Origin: Macrostomum lignano
Taxonomy: Eukaryota
Reading direction: 5' to 3'
Length of the DNA stretch: 64,000 nt
NCBI GenBank assembly: GCA_002269645.1
Contig: NIVC01000660.1
Span: forward strand, 186,001 to 250,000
Position 1 is the first letter of the stretch; each line of letters opens with the position of its first letter. This document shows, one piece after another, positions 1-12,098 of the stretch. Below the pieces are notes generated by a model. The model was not told the DNA's origin. It did not search any database and worked only from the letters and a program-made list of their open reading frames with translations. The position numbers and the translations under genes are program-made.

Positions 1-112
1 CCATGTCTAGCTTGGCGCCTCTTCTGACCATGTCTAGCTTGGCGCCCCCTGACCATTTATTTGTCAAGTTCGGCGTCCCTCTAACCAAGTGATTTCTTTC
101 ATCATTTTTCAG

Positions 113-314
113 AGTCAGCATGGCCGGCAGTTCCAGCGACCTGTCGCTTCATCAGTCGGGCCAGCTGCCCGCTGCGGCACAAGCAACCCCAGCTGCTAAT
201 CATCATCAGCAGCATCAGCAGCAGCCAATTTCGATGCAGCACTCGGCCGCGCCGTCTAGGAAGTCCCTGGCTCCAGCTGTGACGGCGGCTGGCAACACGT
301 CAAAGCGATGGTGA
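113..314 (+). CDS. Probable terminal coding exon of an upstream gene (low-complexity Q/A-rich C-terminus, product unknown)
   Basis: Acceptor 'atcatttttcag' ends at 112, just after the tail of a minisatellite (1-55). The frame is open to TGA at 312-314 with GC-rich coding-like composition, followed by AT-rich sequence. Confidence 0.55.
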
Positions 315-431
315 ATGAATCTAGTTAGCTGTTTTAAAATGAGAAACAGATTTCATAATTGTTCAATATTGATATTGATGCCCGCTTCTATGTGTGTGCC
401 GTTTTCATCCGGCTGTATTTTTACCGAATAA

Positions 432-632
432 CATACATGCGCAACCACCTGATTTACACTTTTTGACAAAAATGCGACTCACCTATGACAGAAACCCTAA
501 AGCCAAATTAACGCTATTTTGGATAAACGGGAAGAGTAACTATAACTGTCTTAATGAGGCTAAATGCCTCGTCAGCTAATTAATACTCTGTCTATTTTTC
601 CGTGTGGGCATCTTTGCGACTTGGATTGGCTG
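432..632 (+). mobile_element. Truncated copy of a MITE carrying a 28S rRNA fragment
   Basis: Starts with TIR CATACATGCGCAA (432-444). Internal sequence aligns with the full copy at 54006-54270, and the 28S-like segment is at 521-582. No right TIR seen. Confidence 0.75.
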
Positions 633-1487
633 AACCCTTTGCCGGATCAAAGAATAATATCAAAGATAGTTGATGCCAATTAAATGCTTGAAATTTTTAC
701 ATTCCAAACAGGCTTCACATCTAGACAAACTTGAACAAAGGCACGATCAAGTTAATGGTTCAATCGCCCAATTTATTGCCAGTATATAACTCGTATGGTA
801 TTTATTGCTTCGTTAAATGATTTACTCAACATATCGGTGGTGCATCTCTTTTTTGTCAATTAATAATTCTAGAGTTTTCCAAGCAACTTCAGTAACAAAA
901 CTTCAGACTTCCAACGTGTAAATTGTTCAACTGAGTCATTTTATGCACCTATCTTAATTACAAATGAGAGCTCTATAATAAGATGTTTCTTAGATTTTCG
1001 CTTAAGTTTTTATTGTTTTAATCTGTTAAGAATAACTTTTACCTTCCCTGATGGAGTAGTTTTTGGTTTTTATTCAAAACAGTTTTTGTTCAGCTTTTCG
1101 TAGTTTATTTGTTCTTATTTCGCAATTGTTATTTTATGCTACTAAAGGCGCGAAGTTAGTAGCATAGTATGTGCATATTGGCTATATTTATTTAGGTTTA
1201 TTCCTATGTCACGATCTTATAAATATTCAAACGTTATATTCAGGATTTGCTAATGAACTTTATTGAACAGTTTTTTTGAATACAACCCCAAATATATGAG
1301 CCCGTCTTGATTTATGTTAATAATTAAGATTTTGCCGATTCTTTACCTAATAAATCACATTCTGATCTAGTAAGTAATATGTAAGTAGTATGTTTAGCAT
1401 TTAAATTGACTTTCGGAGCAGTACGCTCGTAGTGTAGACAAGATTTTCATCTGAAAGGGGCAGGGTCACGAGCGAGCCAGAGCCACG

Positions 1488-1882
1488 AGCAAGATTTTAG
1501 CGCTACAAGCAAGATTTTAGCGCTACAGGCAACTTTTTAGCGCTATAAACAAGATTTTAGCGCTATAAGCAAGATTTTAGCGCCGCAAGCACGATTTTAG
1601 CGCCGCAAGCACGATTTTAGCGCCACAAGCAAGATTTTAGCGCCGCAAGCAAGATTTTAGCGCCGCAAGCACGATTTTAGCGCCACAAGCAAGATTTTAG
1701 CGCCGCAAGCACGATTTTAGCGCTACAAGCAAGATTTTAGCGCCACAGGCAACTTTGTAGCGCTATAAACAAGATTTTAGCGCCGCAAGCAAGATTTTAG
1801 CGCCGCAAGCACGATTTTAGCGCCACAAGCAAGATTTTAGCGCCGCAAGCACGATTTTAGCGCCACAAGCAAGATTTTAGCG
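1488..1882. repeat. Minisatellite, 20-bp unit (agcaagattttagcgccgca)
   Basis: About 19 tandem units read directly, upstream of the GH63 gene. Confidence 0.95.
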
Positions 1883-2208
1883 TCATGGGTAAGGTTTTCG
1901 CGCCAATTTAGCCCTAAAAATTGAGTCTAAAGTTCCCTGTGTCATCGTATGTACGTTAAAATGTCAATACAGCTTTATCTCTGGCTTAATAGATAGGTTT
2001 GCCAGTAGAAAGAAATGACTGCAAACTGCTTTGAGAGTGTTATCAGAGCAACCGCATTGTGCTGTCCTCTAAATGCAGTTAATTTCTATTTACTTTATGT
2101 CCGCTCGCATTCTCAGTTTGCTGATAAACAAGAGGGAGACTTAGAAGTGTCTACTATAGAAGCAGAAGACTATAGCTTTAGTCGTAGAAGTATAGAAGAA
2201 TCGCAACA

Positions 2209-5200
2209 ATGAAGCGACAGTACCAAGCAAAAGCAACAAAGCAGAAGCAGCAGCAGCAAAATTTGGAGGCCACTGAAGCCAAGCAGCTTCGTCAGGCACC
2301 GGTCGAGTTCGGTCCGTACCTGTCTGACAGACAGTGGGCCACTATTCGGGAAGACCTGTCAGCCGATGGCAGTTGCTGGGAGTTTTGCGATTTCCACCGA
2401 TCCCACCGTGACCCCTACCTGGCTGGGGAGGACGGCCTGCTGGGCATTTGCGACAGCGGTTGCCGGCTGTGCTTCGCTTGGGGATTCTGGAATGGCAAAG
2501 ATGCCTTTGTTAAGGTATTTGTGTCTGTTTAGTTGTCTTGCTTTGTGTCTGTTTAGTTGTCTTGCTTTGTGTCTGTTTAGTTGTCTTGCTTTGTGTCTGT
2601 TTAGTTGTCTTGCTTTTTGTCTGTTTAGTTGCTTGCTTTGTGTCTGTTTAGTTGTCTTGCTTTGTGTCTGTTTAGTTGCTTGCTTTGTGTCTGTTTAAGT
2701 TGTCTTGCTTTGTGTCTGTTTAGTTGTCTTGCTTTGTGTCTGTTTAGTTGTCTTGCTTTGTGTCTGTTTAGTTGTCTTGCTTTGTGTCTGTTTAGTTGTC
2801 TTGCTTTGTGTCTGTTTAGTTGTCTTGCTTTGTGTCTGTTTAGTTGTCTTACTTTGTGTCTGTTTAGTTGTCTTGCTTTGTGTCTGTTTAGTTGTCTTGC
2901 TTTGTGTCTGTTTAGTTGTCTTGCTTTGTGTCTGTTTAGTTGTCTTGCTTTGTGTCTGTTTAGTTGTCTTGCTTTGTGTCTGTTTAGTTGTCTTGCTTTG
3001 TGTCTGTGGAGGGAGACAGAAGGTCTGCGGGCACCTCTCTCTCTTCCTTAATTGTATCTTCCCTTTCTCCCAAATCCCAGGAAAAACTGTTCGGCCTCAC
3101 TGGCGGCATGAGAGCTCAAGGAAATCACGGAGAAGACGTTAAAGAGGCCTACTTCTACCAGCTCAACAGTCCCAGCCATGACTACATGCGAGCCAAGTAC
3201 ATTTACCCTGTCGAAGCGTTTCCCTACGACCGGCTCCTGGCTGAAAATGCCAAACGATCCGTCACAGATGACGAATTTGAAATCTACGATACTGGAGTGT
3301 TCGACAAGGGCTACTGGGAGATCTGCGTGGAATATGCCCGCGATGATGATGGCAGCGGTGGCGGCGGTGACACCGTCTGCGTGATGACCGCCAAGAACTG
3401 CAGCGATTCTGAGAGCACTCTGCATGCTTTGCCTACCGTCTGGTTTAGGTGAGATAGGGGATTAACACCTGGGTGATGGGATCTCTAATTAGGGGATTAA
3501 CACCTGGGTGATGGGATCTCTAATTAGGGGATTAACAACTGGGTGATGGGATCTCTAATTAGGGGATTAACACCTGGGTGATGGGATCTCTAATTAGGGG
3601 ATTAACACCTGGGTGATGGGATCTCTAATTAGGGGATTAACAACTGGGTGATGGGATCTCTAATTAGGGGATTAACACCTGGGTGATGGGATCTCTAATT
3701 AGGGGATTAACACCTGGGTGATGGGATCTCTAATTAGGGGATTAACAACTGGGTGATGGGATCTCTAATTAGGGGATTAACACCTGGGTGATGGGATCTC
3801 TAATTAGGGGATTAACAACTGGGTGATGGGATCTCTAATTAGGGGATTAACACCTGGGTGATGGGATCTCTAATTAGGGGATTAACACCTGGGTGATGGG
3901 ATCTCTAATTAGGGGATTAACACCTGGGTGATGGGATCTCTAATTAGGGGATTAACACCTGGGTGATGGATCTCTAATTAGGGGATTAACACCTGGGTGA
4001 TGGGATCTCTAATTAGGGATTAACAACTGGGTGATGGGATCTCTAATTAGGGGATTAACAACTGGGTGATGGGATCTCTAATTAGGGGATTAACACCTGG
4101 GTGATGGGATCTCTAATTAGGGGATTAACACCTGGGTGATGGGATCTCTAATTAGGGGATTAACACCTGGGTGATGGGATCTCTAATTAGGGGATTAACA
4201 CCTGGGTGATGGGATCTCTAATTAGGGGATTAACAACTGGGTGATGGGATCTCTAATTAGGGGATTAACAACTGGGTGATGGGATCTCTAATTAGGGGAT
4301 TAACACCTGGGTGATGGGATCTCTAATTAGGGGATTAAAACCTGAGTGATGGGATCTTTTATTAGGGGATTAACACCTGGGTGATGGGATCTCTAATTAG
4401 GGGATTAACACCTGGATCATGGGGTAAAAATTGACATCAACACTAAGCACAATCTCTATCGTGAAACCACATCCCAGAAACACCTGGAACACAGTCTATT
4501 CTGATTCAGCCGCCACCAAGAGGGCGGACAAAGACCAGCCGAGACTCACCCGAGTAACCGGTGCTAACAAAAACTTTCCTCCAACTGTGGAATGCCGGCA
4601 CCCGGAGTTGCCAACCGTTTTTGCTCAATTCAGCAACGAATTCATGGCGGCAGATGGACCGGGAATTCTGTTCACCAGGAATGAGACTGAGGAAAAAAAT
4701 GCCATATCCAGATACCTGACCGCGGCCAGGGCACAGGGTGGGTGCTGTTTGAGCTTTGACTTTTACTGTACTTTTTTGCCCACCGAATCTGTCTATGCCC
4801 TCCGATACTGTCTATGCCCTCCGATACTGTCTATGCCCTCCGATACTGTCTATGCCCTCCGATACTGTCTATGCCCTCCGATAAAGCCTGTCTGCACCCT
4901 CCGATAGACTGTCTGTACCCTCCGATAGAAACTGTCTGTACCCTCTGATAGAGACTGTCTGTAACCCCCGATAGAGACTGTCTGTACCCTCCGATAGAAA
5001 CTGTCTGTACCCTCTGATAGAGCCTGTCTGTGCCCTCCGATAAAGCCTGCCTGTACCCTCCGATAAAGCCTGTCTGTACCCCCCGATAAAGCCTGTCTGT
5101 ACCCCCCGATAAAGCCTGTCTGTACCCTCTGATAGAGCCTGTCTGTACCCTCTGATAGAGCCTGTCTGTACCCTCTGATAGATCCTGTATGTACCCTCCG

Positions 5201-8200
5201 ATAGAGCTTGTCTGTACCCTCCGATAAAGCCTGCCTGTACCCTCTGATAGATCCTGTCTGTACCCTCCGATAGAGACTGTCTGTACCCTCTGATAGAGAC
5301 TGTCTGTACCCTCTGATAGTGACTGTCTGTACCCTCCGATAGAGACTGTCTGTACCCCCCAATAAAGCCTGTCTGTACCCCCCGATAAAGCCTGTCTGTA
5401 CCCTCTGATAGAGCCTGTCTGTACCCTCTGATAGAGCCTGTCTGTACCCTCCGATAGAGCCTGTCTGTACCCTCCGATAGAGCTTGTCTGTACCCTCCGA
5501 TAAAGCCTGCCTGTACCCTCCGATAGAGACTGTCTGTACCCTCCCATAGTGACTGTCTGTACCCTCCGATAGAGACTGTCTGTACCCTCCGATAGAGACT
5601 GTCTGTACCCTCCGATAGAGACTGTCTGTACCCTCCGATAGAGACTGTCTGTACCCTCCGATAGTGACTGTCTGTACCCTCCGATAGAGACTGTCTGTAC
5701 CCTCTGATAGAGACTGTCTGTACCCTCCGATAGAGACTGTCTGTACCCTCTGATAGATCCTGTCTGTACCCTCCGATAGAGCGGTGCCGTAGCCCATGCA
5801 GTGGTCCAGCGCAGCGCTCTGATGTGCCAGCGGCCCAGGCTCGATTCCAAGTGCAGTCACATTAATTTGGTGGTTAAATTGGAATCTCGGCTTGGCTCTG
5901 CTCGTGCAATTAACGCCCAGCTTGAGGGCCAACCCCTAGGCCCTAGCTAGAAGCTAGAAGATAGAAGTCTATCTATTGTTCGTCTTAGCTAATCTCAAAA
6001 GTCAGATAAGAGAGTTTATCCCTAATTCACGCAGGTAGTTTTCACCGTCATTTCACATTCGCTTTCCCCATCTTAACCACCCTCAGACCGCCCCCGCCTG
6101 CCCCGCGACGCGGGCAGCAAGTGCAGCTCCGTGCACCAGTTGACCCTGGCACCCGGAGCCGCCGCCAGTGTCTGTGTTCGCTTATCCAACCGGCCGCAAT
6201 CCCGGCCAGTTCCGCTGTTGGTTACTAACGAGCTGGTTGCTAGGCAGCGAACTAAAACCGAAGCATTCTATGCCAAGGTTTTAGACTGGCTGCCTGAAAG
6301 TTATCATCCCAGCGGCGACTTGGCTGAGATCTGCCGGCTGGCTTACTCTGGCCTGCTGTGGAGCAAGCAGTACTATGAGTACAGGCCGACCAGGTACTTG
6401 AAGTGCAGGGAGGCTGCCGGTATCAGGAATGCTTTCAGGTGAGGGGCGAGTTTGTTATGCTATTCATTATAATTTGTAGAGAGATGAGATTTTGATTGAG
6501 TCTGATTGTAGATGAATAAGATTTTGATCAAATCTGTTTGTAAATAAATGAGATTTTGATCAAATCTGTTTGTAGATGAATAAGATTTTGATCAAATCTG
6601 TTTGTAAATAAATGAGATTTTGATCAAATCTGTTTGTAGATGAATAAGATTTTGATCAAATTTGATTGTAAAGGGGTGAGATTTTGATCAAATTTGTTTG
6701 TAGAAAGGTGAGATTTGATCAACTCTGTTCGTTAAGGGGTGAGATTTGGATCGAATCTATTTTTAGATAGGTGAGACTGTGATCAGATCTGTTTGTAGAG
6801 GGGTGAGATTTCGAAAGCCTCATATTTGTAGAGATTGGGATTTCAATAACCTCAAACTCAACAATTTTTTTACTCAAGAGTCTGGAGCCCGCATCCTATC
6901 TAATCCGCCAGGTGGAATCCCCACGGCTGGGAGCACCTGGACAATGCCGACATTCTCAGCATGCCGGACAAATGGGAATTCCCCTGGTACGCCTCCTGGG
7001 ACACCGGTTTCCAGGCCGCAGTGCTGGCTGACGTCGACCCGGACTTTGCCAAGGCCCAGCTGGAGCTCATGCTCAGCGATCGGTACATGTCGCCTGAGGG
7101 ACAGGTGAGCGGGTGGGCCACTCAGGTTGTTGAGGCAGCCGACTCAGTTGAGCACACTCAGTTAATCAATCATATATTCAGTCACACACTCAGTCACACA
7201 CTCAATCACACACTCAGTCACACACTCAATTTCGCATTCAGTCACACACTCAGTCACATACAGTCGCATATTCACTCACAAATTTACTCCCGCACTCAGT
7301 CACATGCAGTCACACATTTAGTCACACATTTAGTTATACATTCAGTCACATCCTCAGTCAAACACTCAGTCGCTCAGTCACACGCTCAGTCACATACTCA
7401 GTCACACACTCAGTCACGCATTAAGTCATGCATTCAGTCACACGCTCAGTCACATACTCAGTCACACACTCAGTCACGCACTCAGCAACGCATTCAGCAA
7501 CGCATTCAGTCACACAATCAGTCAAATTCTCAGTCACACACTCAATCGCTCAGTCACACGCTCAGTCACACGCTCAGTCCCACATTCAGTCACACATTCA
7601 GTCACACTCAGTCACATACTCAATCATTCCGTCTCCAACTCAGTCTCTAACCTCCCCAAAAAACTCAGGTTCCCGGCTGCGAATTCAACTACAGCGACGA
7701 GAACCCGCCAGTGCTGGCCTGGTCGGCATACGAAGTGTTCAAATCCACTGGCGACCTGGACTTTGCGCGCAGGATTTATCCGCGCCTGAAGCTGAACTTC
7801 GCCTGGTGGCTGCGGCATCGCCGAGTGGCGTCGCAATGCTCCGCAGACGACTCGGAGTCGGACGCCGTGTACTTTAAAAGCGGCTTCCTAGGCATGGACA
7901 ATATCTGCGCAATTGACAGGTCGCAAGTGCCGGATAATTGTCGGATTTATCAGGCCGACGCCTACGCTTGGGTGTTCGCTACCGGCCTGCACTGCCTCCG
8001 ATTGGCTGCGGCCGCTGGCCAATCAGATTCCGAGCTCTGCTATTGGCTGGACTGGCTGGCCAGGCTGCAGCGGGGCTTCCGACATTTCGACGATGCCGAA
8101 GGATTCTGCTTTGATATCCTCGAGGAGAGAGGAGCGGACGGGGTGTGGCGGCGGACCCATGTTCGAATCCTGTCCATGGTGGGCATGATGCCGCTGACCG

Positions 8201-10386
8201 CCGTTATGGACTTCGACTGGAGCGACTTGGCTGGCAGGGAGGCGGTTGCTGCCGCGATTGACAGGTGCGAATGCATTCAGCCTAATTCGATAACTTAGCG
8301 CTCAATTTTTGTTCTTTGTTTGGCGCCACAGCCACGAATTTGGCGCCGCTGTACCTAACTGGCAGTACTGCACATATTAGGCGCCACTGTACTCAATTCA
8401 GTTCCACTGTACTCAATTTAGTGCCACTTTACTCAATTTAGTGCCACTGTACTCAATTTAGTGCCACTGTACTCAATTTAGTGCCACTGTACTCAATTTA
8501 GTGCCACTGTACTCAATTTAGTGCCACTGTACTCAATTCAGTTCCACTGTACTCAATTTAGTGCCAATGTACTCAATTTAGCGCCACTGTACTCAATTTA
8601 GTGCCACTTTACTCAATTCAGTTCCACTGTACTCAATTTAGTGCCACTGTACTCAATTTAGTACCACTGTACTCAATTTAGTGCCAATGTACTCAATTTA
8701 GTGCCACTGTACTCAATTTAGTGCCACTTTACTCAATTCAGTTCCACTGTACTCAATTTAGCGCCACTGTACTCAATTTAGTGCCACTGTACTCAATTTA
8801 GTGCCACTGTACTCAATTTAGCGCCACTGTACTCAATTTAGTGCCACATTGTACTCAATTTAGTGCCAATGTACTCAATTTAGTGCCACTGTACTCAATT
8901 TAGTACCACTGTACTCAATTTAGTGCCACTTTACTCAATTCAGTTCCACTGTACTCAATTTAGTGCCACTGTACTCAATTTAGTACCACTGTACTCAATT
9001 TAGTACCACTGTACTCAATTTAGTACCACTGTACTCAATTTAGTGCCACTTTACTCAATTCAGTTCCACTGTACTCAATTTAGTGCCAATGTACTCAATT
9101 TAGTGCCACTTTACTCAATTTAGTGCCACTTTACTCAATTTGGCGTCCATGTGGCACGAGTGCAGCATCAGTTCACAATTCAACAAAAAAACTTCCAGGT
9201 GCGGCCTTCGCGTTGAACGACCTGGCAACAGCGGGAGCCGCTGCTTGGTGTCTCTGCTGAGCAGCAGGCAGTGGGCGAAAGTCTTCGAGCGGCTGTTCCC
9301 GCTGCGGGAGGGCCCAGCAGACTGCTCCGATGCTGACGAAGGATTTCTGGGTGAGCTGGGTGGCCTTTATTCAGACTCAGAACTCCCTGGCCTTGGCGCC
9401 ACACTCAGAATTCCCTAGACATTGGCGCCACACTCAGAATTCACTGACATTGGCGCCACACTCAGAATTCCCTCGACATTGGCGCCACACTCAGAACTCA
9501 TTGACCTTGGCGCCACACTCAGCATTCCCTGACTTTGGCGCCACACTCAGAATTCCCTAGACACTGGCGCCAGACTCAAAATCGGGTCCTACAGCGCTTA
9601 GGTCCGTTCGTCATTGTGCTATATTTGCTTACAACAATAAAAGCACAGAAATACTCCAGCTTGCCTACTCATTAGTAGAAAAGTAGGAAAAATAATAAAC
9701 CAATTTATAACCAATGAAAACTACAAAATCGCAACCCCACAAGGACCCTACGGGGTCCGCATGGTGTCTCGCTGGCACCGGAAGCACCCGGTGACGCTGG
9801 CTCAGTCCACGTTAAACTACGAGCCGGGCGAGTCTCGCACCGGGATGTACGGCGGCAACAGCAACTGGCGCGGCCCGGTGTGGCTCTGCATGAACTACCT
9901 GCTGGTGCAGGCGGCGCTCAGGGTGCACGAAGGCGGCCGACCCGATCCCCGGCTGCGTCGCTTTGCCAGACAAGTCTGCGAACGAGTGCTGTCAATCTTT
10001 GTTGGCAAACACGACGGCGTAGATGGTAATTACCTGACGATTAGAAAGTCCGGGCCGCTGTGATAGCTACACTTAGCTACACTAACACCCTGTGTTAGCG
10101 TGCATATGAGTGCCTGAGTATAGTATCTAACCAACTCTGTCTCATTGCAAGTTTCTATTTCTATCCGTATTCTCTAGGCCAGACTGCTGCGACTGCCCGA
10201 CGACGACCGCTGCACGGGGAGGCTAAAGAGTTCGCTAGCCAGTGGCGCGGTGCGGAGTTCGCCCTGTTCTACGAGTACTTCCACGGCGACACGGGGCGAG
10301 GCTGCGGTGCCAGCCATCAGACTGGATGGACCGCTCTGGTGGTGAAGTTTGCGCAGACTCTGCACAAGAGACTGGTGGCCGAGTGA
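2209..10386 (+). CDS. GH63 glycoside hydrolase, MGH1-like / yeast YMR196W-type glucosidase; 9 exons, about 905 aa
   Basis: Exons 2209-2514, 3081-3448, 4478-4737, 6087-6438, 6912-7104, 7669-8264, 9199-9350, 9744-10025, 10178-10386. All introns are GT-AG, phases are consistent, and the total is 2718 nt. Family motifs: GPYLSDRQWATIREDLS, GEDGLLG, EKLFGLT..GNHGEDVKE, MPDKWEFPWYASWD, ENPPVLAW, GFLGMDNI, GGNSNWRGPVW, FYEYFHGDTGRGCGASHQTGWT. Confidence 0.93.
2519..3006. repeat. Intronic minisatellite, 24-bp unit (tttgtgtctgtttagttgtcttgc), GH63 intron 1
   Basis: About 20 units starting 4 nt after the donor GT at 2515. Confidence 0.95.
3456..4415. repeat. Intronic minisatellite, 35-bp unit (taggggattaacacctgggtgatgggatctctaat), GH63 intron 2
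   Basis: About 27 near-identical units filling almost the whole intron. Confidence 0.95.
4786..5782. repeat. Intronic minisatellite, 23-bp unit (gactgtctgtaccctccgataga), GH63 intron 3
   Basis: About 43 units; explains ORF-track entries 4831..5850 and 4850..5932. Confidence 0.95.
5783..5937 (+). mobile_element. tRNA-derived SINE, 5' part
   Basis: A-box-like TAGCCCATGCAGTGG and B-box-like GGCTCGATTCC (5838-5848). The body matches copies at 32340-32438 and 55450-55837. Confidence 0.75.
6480..6840. repeat. Degenerate intronic minisatellite, about 32-bp unit (gagattttgatcaaatctgtttgta...), GH63 intron 4
   Basis: Tandem degenerate units read directly. Confidence 0.85.
7150..7625. repeat. Degenerate intronic repeat, about 12-bp unit (cagtcacacact), GH63 intron 5
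   Basis: Produces the H/S/T/Q-rich tail of ORF 6961..7650. Confidence 0.85.
8385..9141. repeat. Intronic minisatellite, 20-bp unit (gtgccactgtactcaattta), GH63 intron 6
   Basis: About 37 units. Confidence 0.95.
9390..9575. repeat. Intronic minisatellite, about 29-bp unit (ttggcgccacactcagaattccctagaca), GH63 intron 7
   Basis: About 6 units. Confidence 0.9.
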
Positions 10387-10400
10387 CTGGGTTGTCCACT

Positions 10401-11445
10401 AGGTGTGACAATAAACTGGATTCAGTTCCAGGTGTGACAATATAGCTGGATTCAGTTCCAGGTGTGACAATATACTGGATTCAGTTCCAGGTGTGACAAT
10501 TATAGCTGGATTCAGTTCCAGGTGTGACAATTATAGCTGGATTCAGTTCCAGGTGTGACAATTATAGCTGGATTCAGTTCCAGGTGTGACAATAAACTGG
10601 ATTCAGTTCCAGGTGTGGCAATTATAGTTGGATTCAGTTCCAGGTGTGACAATTATAGCTGGATTCAGTTCCAGGTGTGACAATAAACTGGATTCAGTTC
10701 CAGGTGTGACAATTATAGCTGGATTCAGTTCCAAGTGTGACAATTATAGCTGGATTCAGTTCCGGGTGTGACAATTATAGCTGGATTCAGTTCCAGGTGT
10801 GACAATTATAGCTGGATTCAGTTCCAGGTGTGACAATTATAGCTGGATTCAGTTCCGGGTGTGACAATTATAGCTGGATTCAGTTCCAGGTGTGACAATT
10901 ATAGCTGGATTCAGTTCCGGGTGTAAGAATTATAGCTGGATTCAGTTCCGGGTGTGACAATTATAGCTGGATTCAGTTCCAGGTGTGACAATTATAGCTG
11001 GATTCAGTTCCAGGTGTGACAATTATAGCTGGATTCAGTTACGGGTGTGAGTTCCAGGTGTGACAATTATAGCTGGATTCAGTTCCGGGTGTGACAATTA
11101 TAGCTGGATTCAGTTCCGGGTGTGAGTTCCAGGTGTGACAATTATAGCTGGATTCAGTTCCGGGTGTGACAATTATAGCTGCATTCAGTTCCAGGTGTGA
11201 CAATTATGGCTGGATTCAGTTCCGGGTGTGACAATTATAGCTGGATTCAGTTCCAGGTGTGACAATTAGATAAGCCTAGTTCCAGGTGTGACAATTAGAT
11301 TAGCCCAGTTCCAGGTGTGACAATTAGATAGGCCCAGTTCCAGGTGTGACAATTAGATAGGCCCAGTTCCAGGTGTGACAATTAGATAGGCCCAGTTCCA
11401 GGTGTGACAATTAGATAGGCCCAGTTCCAGGTGTGACAATTACAG
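10401..11445. repeat. Minisatellite, 31-bp unit (ggtgtgacaattatagctggattcagttcca), just 3' of the GH63 stop codon
   Basis: About 33 units beginning 15 nt after TGA 10386. The unit changes to a shorter variant (...attagataggcccagttcca) after about 11265. Confidence 0.95.
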
Positions 11446-12098
11446 CGGTATTAGTTGTGTGAATTAACTTTTAGCAACGCACAACTAACAATATTGTTAA
11501 TCAAGAAACACTATATACTACTTATACTACTTACTACTATGCAAGCAGTAGCACTACTCTGTTTTACATTATTCATCAATACGAATAAACTTGCTCAATA
11601 CTGCTGTTTCTAACAAAAGCTTTTTTAGTTTTGCTAATGCTGTCCTAAGAAAAAATCTTAGCTTTTAACTTCTCTATGATTTATAATCATTATAATAAAA
11701 ATAATCACACCAATTCGTTCAAGACACTTGTTGACTGTTGAGAAAATATCGATACTTAGCCATTGCATAATAATTGTCCCAGTTTATTTCGACTATAATA
11801 GCCTTGTGATTGTGAGAAGAGTACATAGAATTTTATATTAAATTTAAATGCTAACAATAACGACAAAGGGAATTAAAAATGTGAGCAATATAAAAGCACT
11901 TTAAAGTAGAAAAATTCGCATTGAACTACTAGGAGTAGAAGAAAAAACTTATTAATTGCAAGTCCATTTTGGCCTACTTTTAGTAGCACAAAACTGACTT
12001 TTTGGTTGAATTGTAGAAAAATGCGTAAAATTTTAGTTTATACTACTGACCAGCTCGAATTAAGTAGAAAGTTAAGAAAATATCGTTATTAAAATGAT

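Noticed and set aside
521-582. rRNA gene call for the 28S-matching segments (also 54102-54163 and 57564-57624)
   Set aside because: Only about 62 nt match, the copies are diverged and embedded in a TIR element, and there is no flanking rDNA. They are captured fragments, not rRNA genes.
2209-10386. Bacterial contamination as the explanation for the GH63 gene
   Set aside because: It has eight phase-consistent GT-AG introns carrying the same style of minisatellites and a SINE as the neighbouring animal genes.
3456-11445. Regular repeats resembling CRISPR arrays
   Set aside because: Units are head-to-tail with no unique spacers, there are no cas genes, and the context is eukaryotic intronic DNA.
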